Shown here piece by piece: positions 29,418 through 39,780 of a stretch of DNA of 64,000 bases. The notes below the pieces were generated by a model. It made no database searches, had not been told where the DNA came from, and worked only from the letters and a program-made list of their open reading frames with translations. Numbering within the stretch: position 1 is the stretch's first letter; each line of letters starts with the position of its first letter. This DNA comes from an uncultured Acidobacteriota bacterium. Lineage in GTDB: Bacteria; Acidobacteriota; Thermoanaerobaculia; Multivoradales; SZUA-115. The stretch covers positions 528,977 through 592,976 of the forward strand of contig CAWDVR010000004.1 in NCBI GenBank assembly GCA_963805975.1, read 5' to 3'. A program made the translations under genes and the position numbers.

Positions 29418-30146
29418 ATGCCTCAGCCCACGAAATCCACCTCCCCTTGGGTCTGGGTCGCCGCCGGCTGCGGCTGCGCCGTGCTGGTCGCGGTGCTGGC
29501 CGTCGGCGGCATGGGCTTTTTCGGCTATCGCTGGGCCAAGCAGGTCGAGAGCGAGATCAAGGACCCCGAGCAGCGCCGGGCCAAGGTGCTGGAGGTGCTC
29601 GGCGTCGAGCAGGTGCCCGCGGGCTACTTCCCGGTGATGGGAATCTCCATCCCCTTCATCATGGAGATGGCGATCCTCTCCGACCGCGAGCCCTCACCTG
29701 GCGACGCGGACACGGATCGCAACTCCTTCGACGAGCGCGGGCTCTTCTACATCGCGACCATCCAGAGCGGGCGGGACCGCCAGCGGATCCAGGACTACTT
29801 CGACGGCAAGACCAACGACCTCGAGGGCTTGCAGCAGGCGGGCCTCTCCTTCGGCCGCGGCGAAGTCGTGCGCCGGGGATCGCTCGCGCTGCCCGGCGCC
29901 GAAACGCGTTACCTCGCCGAGCGCGGCGAGGTCTCGAACCGCCACTCCTCCGGCAAGCGCAGCATCACCGCCCTCGCGCTGATCGACTGCGCCAAGGACT
30001 CCAGGATGCGGCTGGCGATCTGGTTCGGACCGGACCCGGCTCCCGATGCACCCGTGGAGAGCCTGGACCTCGCCGGCACGCCGGCCGACGAGGCGGCCCT
30101 CACCGCCTTCCTCGGCCAGTTCCGGCTCTGCGGGGCGGCTTCGTAG
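29418..30146 (+). CDS. Membrane-anchored hypothetical protein
   Basis: GAGGAG RBS; N-terminal TM WVWVAAGCGCAVLVAV. Confidence 0.75.
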   Translation: MPQPTKSTSPWVWVAAGCGCAVLVAVLAVGGMGFFGYRWAKQVESEIKDPEQRRAKVLEVLGVEQVPAGYFPVMGISIPFIMEMAILSDREPSPGDADTDRNSFDERGLFYIATIQSGRDRQRIQDYFDGKTNDLEGLQQAGLSFGRGEVVRRGSLALPGAETRYLAERGEVSNRHSSGKRSITALALIDCAKDSRMRLAIWFGPDPAPDAPVESLDLAGTPADEAALTAFLGQFRLCGAAS

Positions 30147-30321
30147 ACTTGACCACGAAACCGTCGCGAGCGGTCCACATGCAAGGAGACGGAGGACCCG
30201 GCAACCGGAGCATTCTGGTGCGCCGCACTGAGAAGTTGAGAGCTTCTCCAGCCTCGCCCTTCCCGACGCGAGGCTGGAGCTCGACACCCCCGGTCGTCAT
30301 CCGGAGCTCTCCCGCCCCACC

Positions 30322-30448
30322 GTCATCCTGAGCGTAGCGAAGGATCTGGGGGGTGGGAGCTGAGGTTCCAGCACGGCGATCGTCTCTCGGGTCAGAGCAT
30401 CGGCGCGCCGCCCTTCCCCCCAGATCCCTCGCTCTCGCTCGGGATGAC
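30322..30448. repeat. REP-like inverted pair (GTCATCCTGAGCG...AGGATCT type)
   Basis: GTCATCCTGAGCGTAGCGAAGGATCTGGGG ... CCCCAGATCCCTCGCTCTCGCTCGGGATGAC; partial extra copy at 30296. Confidence 0.75.
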
Positions 30449-30621
30449 ATCGGGGGTGGGTGGTGAAATCGCCAACACTCGAGGCCTGGATACAGAATGG
30501 CACTAAATCAAGGCACGCTAAGGAGTTGATACCGCCAAGGCAGGAGTTCCCGGCACACAACGCGGCTTGCGCTTAACGAGCCCGCGGCACGATGTCGCGG
30601 CATGGAGAAGCAGTAGGTTCC

Positions 30622-31512
30622 TCAGTCGTCGCCGTAGTCGATCTCCATCCTCTGGATCCGCCAGCCGGAGAGCACCAGCGCCACGGCGGAGAGGAGGAGC
30701 AGGCCGAGGACGGCGAGCCACGCCGGGGTGGGGTCGGTGGGCAGCGCGAAGAGCCCCTCGGAGACCGGCACCGGTGACAGCGATTTCAGGTAGTGGGTCA
30801 CGGAGAGCTTCTTCAAGACGGGCGGCAGCAGGAAGTTGAACCACTCCCAGAAGTAGATCAGGGCCGCCGGCAGGATCGGGTTCTTGAGATAGAGGCCGAG
30901 CAGCAGGAAGATGGCGCCGTAGCCCAGGCAGCCGAGCGCCGTGACGGTCACGTAGGCCAGCAGGTGCCCGAACCCCGGCCCGTCGAAGAAGTGCTGGCGG
31001 ATCGCCTCGCCCCCGAAAGGCAGCCGGAACAGCAGGTAGGAGACCACCGTCGAGCCGCCGAAGAGCAGCACCGTGGCGAGCAGGCCGGAGAGGAACTTCC
31101 CGGCCACCAGCACGTGACGCCGCACGGGCGAGAGCAGGTAGTAGTGGAGGCTCCGGTCCAGCACCTCGCCGCGGAACAGGTTGGTGAACACCCACACGCA
31201 GCCGAAGTAGGTCACCGTGCGCAACAGCAGGCCCTGGTAGAAGCCGGCGTAGATCCCACCTGCCCATTGCACTGTCTCGAACGGCCGGCTGTGGTACAGC
31301 GTGGCGACGGCGAACACCGCGGCGCCGGCCAGCGGCAGCAGCGCCAGCAGATAGAGCAGCAGGGCGCGCCGGCCGAGGAAGCTCTTGCGCGCCTCGAGGC
31401 GCAGGATGCCTGCCACCTGGCGCCGCCACAGGGCCCAGGGCCTCGGCACGGAGGGGGGCCGCGGCGCGGCGGGGGGCTTGGCCGCGGCCGTGGTCGTGTC
31501 CGGGGTCGTCAT
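30622..31512 (-). CDS. ABC-2 type transporter permease
   Basis: [24 protein letters not shown]; multiple TM segments. Confidence 0.85.
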   Translation of the reverse strand: MTTPDTTTAAAKPPAAPRPPSVPRPWALWRRQVAGILRLEARKSFLGRRALLLYLLALLPLAGAAVFAVATLYHSRPFETVQWAGGIYAGFYQGLLLRTVTYFGCVWVFTNLFRGEVLDRSLHYYLLSPVRRHVLVAGKFLSGLLATVLLFGGSTVVSYLLFRLPFGGEAIRQHFFDGPGFGHLLAYVTVTALGCLGYGAIFLLLGLYLKNPILPAALIYFWEWFNFLLPPVLKKLSVTHYLKSLSPVPVSEGLFALPTDPTPAWLAVLGLLLLSAVALVLSGWRIQRMEIDYGDD

Positions 31513-32453
31513 GCGCGCCCTCCGTCGCCGCCGATCAGATAGTCGTACACCGCCTGCACGTCCTCGTCCTCCGGCCCCACCGCCTCGACCGTCAGGCCCT
31601 CCTCGAGCACCACGCGGTTGAGCAGCAGGTGGAAGCGGTCGGCGTCACGCGTGCGTGCGGAGAGGCCCTGCCCGTCGTCGTGGATCTTCACCTCCACCAC
31701 CTCGGCCAGGCCGAACAGCCGCGCCGCCAGCACCTGCGGCCGGTCGCAGCGCACGAAGACCTGGACGGGGTGCTCGTGCATCTCGGTGCGCACGCCCTCG
31801 ATCACGCCCTCGGCCACCACGTAGCCGCTGTTCAGGAGGATCACGCGGTCCGAGATCAAATCCACCTCGTGCAGGATGTGGCTCGAGATGATGACGTGCT
31901 GGCCCTGGGCGGCGAAGCTCTGGAAGAGGGCGATCACCTCGGCGCGGGCCATGGGGTCGAGGCCGTTCAAAGGCTCGTCGAGTACCAGCACGGAGGGCTT
32001 GTGGGCGAGGGCCTGGGCGAGCCGGATGCGCTGCCGCATGCCCTTGCTGTAGGCCGCGACCTTGCGGTGCGCGGCATCGGCGAGGTTGACGCGCTCGATC
32101 GCTTCTTCGGTGAGCGCCCGCGCCTCGGCGCTGAGGTAGCCGTGGACCTTCAGGAACGAGTAGATGAGCTGGTAGCCGGTCATGCCGCGCGGGAAGGAGT
32201 CGACCTGGGTCGCGTAGCCCACGCGGCGGAACATCTCCTCGGGATCGTCGGGCGTCAGGCCCAGCACGCTCACGCGGCCGTCGGTGGGCCGCAGGAGGCC
32301 GGTCATCAGGTTCATCAGCGTGCTCTTGCCCGCGCCGTTCGGCCCCACCAGGCCGGTGATGCCCGGCGCGATGGTGAGGTGCACCCGGTTGACGCCGAGC
32401 ACGTCGCCGTAGAACTTGGAGACGTTGTCGAAGACGATGGCGCCCTCGTTCAT
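31509..32453 (-). CDS. ABC transporter ATP-binding protein
   Basis: [24 protein letters not shown]. Confidence 0.93.
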   Translation of the reverse strand: MNEGAIVFDNVSKFYGDVLGVNRVHLTIAPGITGLVGPNGAGKSTLMNLMTGLLRPTDGRVSVLGLTPDDPEEMFRRVGYATQVDSFPRGMTGYQLIYSFLKVHGYLSAEARALTEEAIERVNLADAAHRKVAAYSKGMRQRIRLAQALAHKPSVLVLDEPLNGLDPMARAEVIALFQSFAAQGQHVIISSHILHEVDLISDRVILLNSGYVVAEGVIEGVRTEMHEHPVQVFVRCDRPQVLAARLFGLAEVVEVKIHDDGQGLSARTRDADRFHLLLNRVVLEEGLTVEAVGPEDEDVQAVYDYLIGGDGGRA

Positions 32454-33325
32454 CGCTCCACCTCGTAGGCGCGGACCCGGCGCGTGAGCACCGCGACCGA
32501 GGCGAGCGAGACCAGGGCGAAGACCACCCAGGCCGTCACCGGCGAGGGATGCCCGTCGGGGAGCGGCAGGCCGAAGAGGCCCGCCCACACCGAGCGCAGC
32601 AGGGCCCCCACCTGGATCAGCGAGGCCCAGTCGGTCGAGAAGCTCAGGTTGAGCACCGCACCCATCGCCTGCAGCACGAAGGGCGCCGCGAAGAAGAAGA
32701 GCCGCGCCACCGGTTTCCACTTGACGGTCGCCGACACGGCGAGCGAGGTGAGCGACAGCACCAGGATCCACAGGACGGAGGACATGAAGATCGAGCCGGC
32801 GAGCCAGTAGTGCTCCCAGAACCAGTCGAAGCCGGCGAGGAAGCTCTGGAAGGAGAAGAGCAGCAGGCCCGGCACCCAGGTGACGGCGGAGAGCAGCACC
32901 GCGAGCACCACCAGCTTGCCCAGCACGTAGTCGCGGCGGGTGATGGGTCGCGCGAGATAGAGGGGCATGGCGTTGTTGCGCAGATCGGGCGAGATCAGGG
33001 CCGGGCCCACCACCATCGCCACGAAGAAGGCGAGGAAGCTCTGCGGCGCCATCACCCAGTTCCGGAAGAAGGCGGCGTCGATGCCCAGCAGAGCCTCGAT
33101 CAGGGCCGCGGGCAGCTTCAGGACGTTGATCGCCTCGGCGTTGTGGGCGAGGTAGATGCGGACGCTGCCGACCAGCGGCGCCACGAAGCTGAGCACGAAG
33201 AGGGCGAGGAAGAGCCGCGAGTTGAACAGGTCCCGGAGCGCGTAGCGGGGGATGACGAAGAGCCGCGAGCGCTCGGGCGTCAGCGCGCCGGCGTAGGAGC
33301 GGTAGGTACGTCCGTACACGGCCAC
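32450..33325 (-). CDS. ABC-2 type transporter permease
   Basis: [27 protein letters not shown]; GTG start inferred. Confidence 0.82.
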   Translation of the reverse strand: MAVYGRTYRSYAGALTPERSRLFVIPRYALRDLFNSRLFLALFVLSFVAPLVGSVRIYLAHNAEAINVLKLPAALIEALLGIDAAFFRNWVMAPQSFLAFFVAMVVGPALISPDLRNNAMPLYLARPITRRDYVLGKLVVLAVLLSAVTWVPGLLLFSFQSFLAGFDWFWEHYWLAGSIFMSSVLWILVLSLTSLAVSATVKWKPVARLFFFAAPFVLQAMGAVLNLSFSTDWASLIQVGALLRSVWAGLFGLPLPDGHPSPVTAWVVFALVSLASVAVLTRRVRAYEVER

Positions 33326-33327
33326 GA

Positions 33328-34251
33328 TCAGCTCTCCATGGCCTTCAGGAAAATGTCCTGCAGCGAGTCGCGCTTGTAGTCGAGGCGGCGGATCTGGATC
33401 TCCTTTTCGGCGGCGATCTGGAACAGCTCGCGGATCTCGAGGCCCTGGGGCAGCACCATCTTGAGCCGCCGCTGGCCGGAGAGCGCCACTTCCGCGCCGG
33501 CGGCCTCGGCCGCGGCGGCGAAGGCGTCGCGGTCGCCGCCGCGGGTCTCGACCAGCAGGAACTTGCGGTTGGTGCGCCGCTCCTCCTCGAGGTTCGCGTA
33601 GGTGGCGATGCGGCCCGCCTTGAGCACCAGCACCTCGTCGCAGCACTCCTCCACGTCGCGCAGCAGGTGCGAGGAGAGGATGACGTGGGCCGTGCCGCTG
33701 TCGCGCACCTCACGGATCAGCTTCAACATTCGATTGCGGTGCGGCGGGTCGAGGCCGTTGGTGGGCTCGTCGAGCAGCAGGAGCTTCGGCCCGTGGACGA
33801 TCGCCTGCGCGAACTTGGCGAGCTGCTTCATGCCGAAGGAGTAGGTCTCGAGCTTTCTGTAGCGGGCCTCGCCCAGGCCGACGTAGAAGAAGGCCTCGTG
33901 CGTGCGCTCCATGGCCTCGGCGGTGGGCAGGCCGGAGAGCTCGGCCATCATGCGCACGAAGCGCACGCCGGAGAGGCCGGCGATGAACGAGTCGCGCTCC
34001 GGCATGTAGCCGATCATCCGCCGCACCTCGCGGCCATCGTCGGTGATGCTCTTGCCGAACACCCGCGCCGCGCCCGCGGACGGCGGATGGAAACCGAGCA
34101 GGGTGTGGAGCAGCGTGGTCTTGCCGGCGCCATTCGGCCCCAGGAGGCCGATCGCCCGGCCGCCCACCTTGGCGGTGAGCTGATCCAGGATCTGGCGCGA
34201 GCCGAAGCGGACAGAAAGCCCCTCGAGCTCCAGGACGGATGGTTGGGTCAT
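33328..34251 (-). CDS. ABC transporter ATP-binding protein
   Basis: [23 protein letters not shown]. Confidence 0.93.
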   Translation of the reverse strand: MTQPSVLELEGLSVRFGSRQILDQLTAKVGGRAIGLLGPNGAGKTTLLHTLLGFHPPSAGAARVFGKSITDDGREVRRMIGYMPERDSFIAGLSGVRFVRMMAELSGLPTAEAMERTHEAFFYVGLGEARYRKLETYSFGMKQLAKFAQAIVHGPKLLLLDEPTNGLDPPHRNRMLKLIREVRDSGTAHVILSSHLLRDVEECCDEVLVLKAGRIATYANLEEERRTNRKFLLVETRGGDRDAFAAAAEAAGAEVALSGQRRLKMVLPQGLEIRELFQIAAEKEIQIRRLDYKRDSLQDIFLKAMES

Positions 34252-34282
34252 GAGTGGAGAACGTCCCCCGCGCGGCCAGGTA

Positions 34283-34343
34283 GTGTTTCGGAGTGCCGTG
34301 TTTCGAAGTGCTGTGAAACGAAAGTGCTGTGTACCGAAGTGAG
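34283..34343. repeat. Four imperfect 15-16 bp tandem repeats upstream of the ABC operon; candidate operator
   Basis: GTGTTTCGGAGTGCC / GTGTTTCGAAGTGCT / GTGAAACGAAAGTGCT / GTGTACCGAAGTGAG. Confidence 0.6.
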
Positions 34344-34387
34344 GCCCCGGAGCTTACACGAGCTTGGCTCCGGGGCCTCGTGCGGTC

Positions 34388-37075
34388 TCAATGCTCTACG
34401 AGCTCGGCCGCCACCGGGTTTCGCGGGCCACCCAGGAGCGCCCCCAGGCCGAGGAAGCTTCCCAGGCGCGAGCCCAGGAGGCCGCCCTGGGCCGTCGACA
34501 CCAGCCGGATGCGGTTCGCCTCGCCGTAGGCGCAGGTGAGGAACGGCGCCCCGAGGTCGAGGTCGGACATCGCCTGCCGCTGCTCCGGGCTCATCCCCGG
34601 CTCGACCATCGACAGCACCTGGTTGCCGAGCGACCCCAGGTTGCCGTAGACCACGGCCGAGAAGTCCAGGTAGCCGTCCGCCGGCAGGAGCGCCTTGAAG
34701 CTCGGGGCGTCGGGCAGTGAGTACTGCGAATCGCGTACCGCGAGCGCCCGGTCGAGGAGCGCCCGGCTGGGGGCGGCGATGAAGTAGCCGCCGTCGAAGG
34801 TGTAGCTCACCTCCACCAGGGCGATCGGCGTCGAGACGCGGTAGTAGGTGCGCCCGCCGACGGTCTCCTCGCCGAGGGTCACCCCCGGCTTGCCGGCGGC
34901 GGTCGCCGCCCGGTTGGCCTCGGCCACGGCCCAGACGATCGCCTGCTGCATGCGGGCGGCGTCGTAGACCTCGGCCACCACCTTCCAGGCTGGCGTCGGC
35001 AGGGCCGGGCCGTCGAGCGCGAAGGCGATCTCGCCGCCCAGCGGCGCCGCCAGGTCGTCCACCACGCTCACCCCGTGCTCGCGCTCGAAGCTGGCCAGGT
35101 GCTCGCGGAAGCCGGGCTCGGCGGCCTCGACGAAGCGGAAGGTCTCGCCGAGGATGGTCGCCGGGTTCTCCACCACGAAGGCGGCGGCGAAGTTGGCGTC
35201 GGCCGAGATGAAGTCCAGGGTCCCCATCGCCGCCGGCGCCGCCAGCCAGGACAGCGCGCCGCTCCTCGGGCCGTCGAAGTCGAGCACGCCGCCGGTGTGG
35301 GCCACGTCCTCGTTGACCTTGCGCTCGACGATCAGGTGCTGGACGTGGTCGAGGCCGGTGAAGGCCAGGGCGCCGCGGTCGCCGTGCGTGCTTTCCGCGG
35401 CCTCGCGGTCGAGGATGCGGCCGAGGTCGATGCCCGCCAGCCATTGCGCGCCGTGCGAGTAGGACTCTTCCAGGCGCTCGCCCAGGCCGGAGCCGGCGAA
35501 GCCGCTGGCGCCGGGAGCGGCCAGCCGTGCCGCCAGGGCCTGGAGCGAGGCGAGATCCGGGGCCGCGGCGAAGAGGTCGCCCGCCGGCCACAGCAGCAGC
35601 TCGTGATGAGCGGCCGGGGCCGCAGTCGCCGGGTCGGTGACGACGCGCAGCGTGATGCCGGCCCCGCCCTCGCCGTTCAGCCGCTCGACCTCGCTCGCCA
35701 GCACGGCCGCGAACGACGCCGGGTTGGCCACCTCGGCGAGGAGCAGCGGCGCGCGCGGCTCGCGGTCCGCCGCCAGGTCCATCGCCACCACGATCTCCTC
35801 GCCCAAGTGCTGGCCCAGGCCGGCCAGCCGCCGGATCATCTCGGCCACCTGGCGGTCGGCGCCGGAGGCGCCCACCCGCTCCTGCCACCACTCGGCCAGC
35901 ACTTCGTTTCCGGCCAGGCGCTGTTCGAAGATCTGGTAGGCGTCGGCCAGCTCGGTGGTCACGTTCGGCAGTCCGAGATAGATCGCCGTCTCCGGCGGCG
36001 CCAGCGGCAGCAGGCGGCTGTCGTAGCGCAGGCCGGTCGCGGCGAGCACGCGGCTCACCTCGCGGTCCAGGGCCTTGAGCTCGGAGAGGAGAGCCAGGTA
36101 GCGCTCGCGGTTCCGGCTCCAGGAGACCTCCTGCTCGACCGAGGCCGCGGTGTTGCCCTCGCGGGTCGCCGCCTGGTCGCCGGAGTGGAGCACCCGCTCG
36201 TCGTCGCCCTGCTCGACCCGGACCTCGCCCTCGACCACTGCCACCCGCGAGCCCTTGGTGCCGTGGTTGACCGAGAAGATCGTGCCGGTGACCGAGACCA
36301 GGCAGTCGTCGGTGGCGACGAAGAGGTGCCCGTGCTGCTTGGCCGCCTCGACGATGATGCCGCCGCGCGCCACCCGGATCGTGGTCTCGCCGCCGCGCTC
36401 GGCCACCGAGAGGGCGGATCGCTCGCGCAGCTCCACCTTGGAGCCGTCGCCCAGGCGCACCACGGCGCCCGAGTCCTTGCCGGTGCGGATCTCCTGGCCC
36501 TCGGCGATCGACTCGCCCGGCGCCAGGGGCTTCGTCTCGTCGCCCACCAGGCGGAAGAGCTGGCCTTCGACGGCCGCCACCTGGGCGATCGAGGAGCTAC
36601 GGCCCAGGAAGTCGCCCCACTGCAGCACCGCAGTGGTGCCCACGGCCACCAGCACGGCGGCGGCGAGCGCCAGCCAGCCGCGGGAGATCAACGGCCGCGC
36701 GGCGGTCCGGCGAAAGCCCGGCTCCGCGGCGCCGCTCCGGGCCACCTTCAGAGCGCGGCGGCAGGCGATGCACTCACGGCCGTGGTCCTCGAGCAGCAGC
36801 GCCTTGGCCGGGGCGAGCGCACCCTGGAGGTAAGCGGGGACCAGCGCCTGGTAGTCGGCGCAGGCGGCGAGCTGTGCGCCGGCCTGGGCAGCGACGGCGG
36901 CCTGGGCGGGGGCGAAGGCAGGCGCCGCGACGGACTCGCGGGCCAGCCGCTCGCGCACGCGGTGGGCCGCGGCGCGCTCCAGCTCGGGGGCCAGCTCGGC
37001 GGAGGCCACGGCGGCGATGGCCGCGTCGAGCGCGGCGTCGGTCGTCTGGGGAAGATCGCGGTCACGGTCGTTCAT
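34388..37075 (-). CDS. Anti-sigma factor: zf-HC2, TM, FecR domain and large periplasmic C-terminal region
   Basis: HGRECIAC; TM WLALAAAVLVAV; IRTG..SGAVVRLGDGS...VSVTGTIFSV...VVEGEV FecR motifs. Confidence 0.85.
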   Translation of the reverse strand: MNDRDRDLPQTTDAALDAAIAAVASAELAPELERAAAHRVRERLARESVAAPAFAPAQAAVAAQAGAQLAACADYQALVPAYLQGALAPAKALLLEDHGRECIACRRALKVARSGAAEPGFRRTAARPLISRGWLALAAAVLVAVGTTAVLQWGDFLGRSSSIAQVAAVEGQLFRLVGDETKPLAPGESIAEGQEIRTGKDSGAVVRLGDGSKVELRERSALSVAERGGETTIRVARGGIIVEAAKQHGHLFVATDDCLVSVTGTIFSVNHGTKGSRVAVVEGEVRVEQGDDERVLHSGDQAATREGNTAASVEQEVSWSRNRERYLALLSELKALDREVSRVLAATGLRYDSRLLPLAPPETAIYLGLPNVTTELADAYQIFEQRLAGNEVLAEWWQERVGASGADRQVAEMIRRLAGLGQHLGEEIVVAMDLAADREPRAPLLLAEVANPASFAAVLASEVERLNGEGGAGITLRVVTDPATAAPAAHHELLLWPAGDLFAAAPDLASLQALAARLAAPGASGFAGSGLGERLEESYSHGAQWLAGIDLGRILDREAAESTHGDRGALAFTGLDHVQHLIVERKVNEDVAHTGGVLDFDGPRSGALSWLAAPAAMGTLDFISADANFAAAFVVENPATILGETFRFVEAAEPGFREHLASFEREHGVSVVDDLAAPLGGEIAFALDGPALPTPAWKVVAEVYDAARMQQAIVWAVAEANRAATAAGKPGVTLGEETVGGRTYYRVSTPIALVEVSYTFDGGYFIAAPSRALLDRALAVRDSQYSLPDAPSFKALLPADGYLDFSAVVYGNLGSLGNQVLSMVEPGMSPEQRQAMSDLDLGAPFLTCAYGEANRIRLVSTAQGGLLGSRLGSFLGLGALLGGPRNPVAAELVEH

Positions 37076-37677
37076 AGCGTGGTACCTCCGAGGAGCGGTT
37101 CGAGCTCACGGCCCAGCCGGTGCCGGGTGCGGTGTAGGATGACGGCGACCGCGGTCTGCGAGGTGCCGAGCATCTCGGCGATCTCGCGGTTGCCGTGGCC
37201 TTCGAAGTAACGGAGCGAAAAGATCTCGGCGGCGCGCGGGGAGAGGGCCGCCACCTTCGAGCGCAGCCAGCCGGCGAGCTCGCGGCGGCGGCGGTCTCCC
37301 TCGGGCCCGGCCTCCGGGGCCTCGGCCAGGTCCGCGGCCACCTCGTCCAGGTCCACCGCCCGGGCGCGTTTCCTGGCCCTAAGGAGGTCGAGGGCGGCGT
37401 TGACCGCTGCCCGGTAGAGATAGCTGGCGGCGCCGGAGGAGAGGTCGATCTCCTCCTCCCGCCGGATCAGCCGCGTGAACACGGTCTGCAGCACGTCCTC
37501 GGCGTCGGTCGCATTGCCCGTCACGCGGTAGGCGATGCGCAGGATGCGGGAGTGGTGCTGCTCGAAGAGCTCGCCCACCGCGGACTCTCCGGGAGCCTCG
37601 AAAGGCCCGGGAGGCGCGTGGGTGGGTTGGTGGACGGCGGCGATCAAGGGCTCCTCCTTCTTCGGGTCTCTAGCCAT
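37072..37677 (-). CDS. ECF RNA polymerase sigma factor
   Basis: DAEDVLQTVF, YLYRAAVNAALD, LSPR...FSLRYFEG...EIAEMLG. Confidence 0.93.
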   Translation of the reverse strand: MARDPKKEEPLIAAVHQPTHAPPGPFEAPGESAVGELFEQHHSRILRIAYRVTGNATDAEDVLQTVFTRLIRREEEIDLSSGAASYLYRAAVNAALDLLRARKRARAVDLDEVAADLAEAPEAGPEGDRRRRELAGWLRSKVAALSPRAAEIFSLRYFEGHGNREIAEMLGTSQTAVAVILHRTRHRLGRELEPLLGGTTL

Positions 37678-37726
37678 AGAACGCCTCCAGTCGCGGATTC
37701 TTACCAGGCATACGAAGATGGGGACT

Positions 37727-37753
37727 GGTTCGGTTCGAGCTCGCAATGCCCTG
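37727..37753. repeat. Left arm of the 27-bp inverted repeat flanking the integrated element
   Basis: GGTTCGGTTCGAGCTCGCAATGCCCTG matches the reverse complement of 52106-52132 at 26/27. Confidence 0.85.
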
Positions 37754-37947
37754 GGAGGCGCGCAGCGTTACACACGAGTAGGTACCTGGAACTCCCACGA
37801 AATCCCTTAAATCACTGCCACTGTTGACTTTGGAGTCGGACTGAGTATGTTCTTGTCCCATGAGCTACGCCCGAGTTGCGCGCCCACTGCATGCCCCTCG
37901 CATGCCGTGGAGCGTGCCCGAAGGCGGCCTCGAACAGGGAGGAGAGC

Positions 37948-39180
37948 ATGCGAGTCAAGTTCAGTAAAGCCACTCTTGCCAACGCGAAGCCGGGTCCGAC
38001 GCGATACCTTCTTCGAGATACCCGCACCGTGGGGCTCGCACTCAAGGTTGAGCCCTCGGGCACGCGGACCTTCGTCTTCGAGTACCGAGTCCCCGGCAAG
38101 CCGTCGCAGCGCTACAACATCGGCCGCTACGGCGAGCCCTGGACTCTGGAGCAGGCCCGGGCCGAAGCCGGACGATTGCGCTCACTCGTGGACCGTGGCC
38201 TCGATCCGCTGACCGAGCGGCGGAAAGAGGCCAGCGAGGGCCGCAGTCTGGCAGAGCTTGGCGAGATGTTCCTCGCTCACGTCGAGAAGTGTGGGCGCCG
38301 GCCTGCCACGCTCTACCGCTATCGCCGGCTCCTGAGGCAGTTCATCCTTCCGCGCCTGGGTCTGCTGCGAGTGGATCAGATCGGCGTCGAGCACGTCGAG
38401 CGCCTCCATGGGGCTCTTCAGAAGACTCCCGTCCAGGCCAACCTGGTCTTGGTGGTCCTGGGTTGCTGCTTGACGCTGGCGGAGCGTTGGGGGTGGATCC
38501 CTCGGGGCTCGAACCCGGTGCGGTGGGTGGAGCGCTATCCGAGGCGCAGGCGCGGGGAGAAGAAGGGCGTGATGCTCAAGCCCGAGCAGATGGCTCGGCT
38601 CTTGGCGGTACTGGACGAGGAGGAGCGAGCCGGGCGTGATCCGCTCGCGATCGGTGCGATGCGGCTTGCCTTCTGGACGGGGTGGCGAGCGAAGAGCGAG
38701 ATTCTGCCTCTCCAATGGGCGAACCTCGATCTCGAGGGCGGCGAGGCGAGGCTTCTCGGCACGAAACGGGCCGAGGAGGAGTACCGGATGCTCTGCGATG
38801 AAGCGGTCGCGGTGCTGCGGTCCCTGCCGCGCATCGACGGCAGCCCGTGGGTTTTCCCTGGGATCGATCCTGCGAGGCCGCGTCGAAACCTCCAGTGGTT
38901 CTGGGAGCGGGTGCGCAGGAAGGCCGGCCTGGTGGGCTTGGAGGAGCTAGGTAACTTCCGGCTCCATGACCTGCGTCACAACGTCGTCAGTTGGGACGTA
39001 TCGCGCGGGGTGAGCTTGAAGGTGGCGGGCGCCAACGTCGGCCACAAGTGCCAACAGTCCACCGAGGTCTACGCCCACTTCCTGCCGGCTCATCTAAGAG
39101 ACGCGGCCAACGCGCGCTCCCAGGCCATGCGGCAGGCCCTGGAGGCCGCGCAAGGCCGCAGCGAGCAGGAGGAGGTGTGA
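37948..39180 (+). CDS. Tyrosine integrase with N-terminal arm-binding domain
   Basis: RDTRTVGLALKV..SG.RTFVFEYR...IGRYG arm domain; TGWR, HDLRH, GH...TEVYAH catalytic motifs. Confidence 0.92.
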   Translation: MRVKFSKATLANAKPGPTRYLLRDTRTVGLALKVEPSGTRTFVFEYRVPGKPSQRYNIGRYGEPWTLEQARAEAGRLRSLVDRGLDPLTERRKEASEGRSLAELGEMFLAHVEKCGRRPATLYRYRRLLRQFILPRLGLLRVDQIGVEHVERLHGALQKTPVQANLVLVVLGCCLTLAERWGWIPRGSNPVRWVERYPRRRRGEKKGVMLKPEQMARLLAVLDEEERAGRDPLAIGAMRLAFWTGWRAKSEILPLQWANLDLEGGEARLLGTKRAEEEYRMLCDEAVAVLRSLPRIDGSPWVFPGIDPARPRRNLQWFWERVRRKAGLVGLEELGNFRLHDLRHNVVSWDVSRGVSLKVAGANVGHKCQQSTEVYAHFLPAHLRDAANARSQAMRQALEAAQGRSEQEEV

Positions 39181-39342
39181 GGATGCCCAGGTCCAACCAA
39201 CGCGCTCTAGCAGCCCGTGGGCCGCCTGGAAGCGATGTCTGCTTCGAAGACCGCGGCCCCCAAGCCGCACCCAGAAACCAAGCGGGCCGACCGAGTGCGT
39301 GAACACCCGGCCGACCCTAGCCGACCATGGAGCCGTAACCCC

Positions 39343-39780
39343 ATGACCGACCGAGAGCAGTCTACCGCTGCCGCAATACCTCTACCCGATCCCCCTCCAC
39401 CCCCCGAGGAGCCGCCCTCGCCGCCTTCGCCCTTGGATGCCTGGGAGGAGCTCCAGCCCATCCGAGAGACGTTCCTCCACCACGTGGGCAACGCCGAGAC
39501 TCAGCAGGCTCTCCGCGCGATTGGCGATTACTTCTACCAGGCCGTTCTCGAATGGCGGAACTTCCCCGACGCGGAAACACCGATCATCCTGCTGGAGCTC
39601 GAAGCCGTGGCCAAGGACGTGCGCTATCTCCAGGGCTTTCTGCACCACACGGTGGCCGACGACGGCCGGGGCACTCTGGCCGATGCCCGGTACGAGCGCT
39701 GGCTCAAGGTGAAGGCCGAGGAGTGGGCCGACACCCTCGGCGAGGTCGCCACCGAGATCGAGAAGGCGGTGGCGGAATGA
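39343..39780 (+). CDS. Hypothetical protein of the element (start uncertain, alternative 39235)
   Basis: Pro-rich N-terminus then helical domain; GC-type codon usage. Confidence 0.6.
   Translation: MTDREQSTAAAIPLPDPPPPPEEPPSPPSPLDAWEELQPIRETFLHHVGNAETQQALRAIGDYFYQAVLEWRNFPDAETPIILLELEAVAKDVRYLQGFLHHTVADDGRGTLADARYERWLKVKAEEWADTLGEVATEIEKAVAE

Noticed and set aside
30450-30620. Lower-GC non-coding stretch as a possible ncRNA or small gene
   Set aside because: No recognisable RNA family, RBS-supported ORF or strong structure by eye
37680-37900. tRNA or tmRNA at the integration site
   Set aside because: GGTTCGA occurs, but no cloverleaf or CCA end could be built, and it belongs to the inverted-repeat arm
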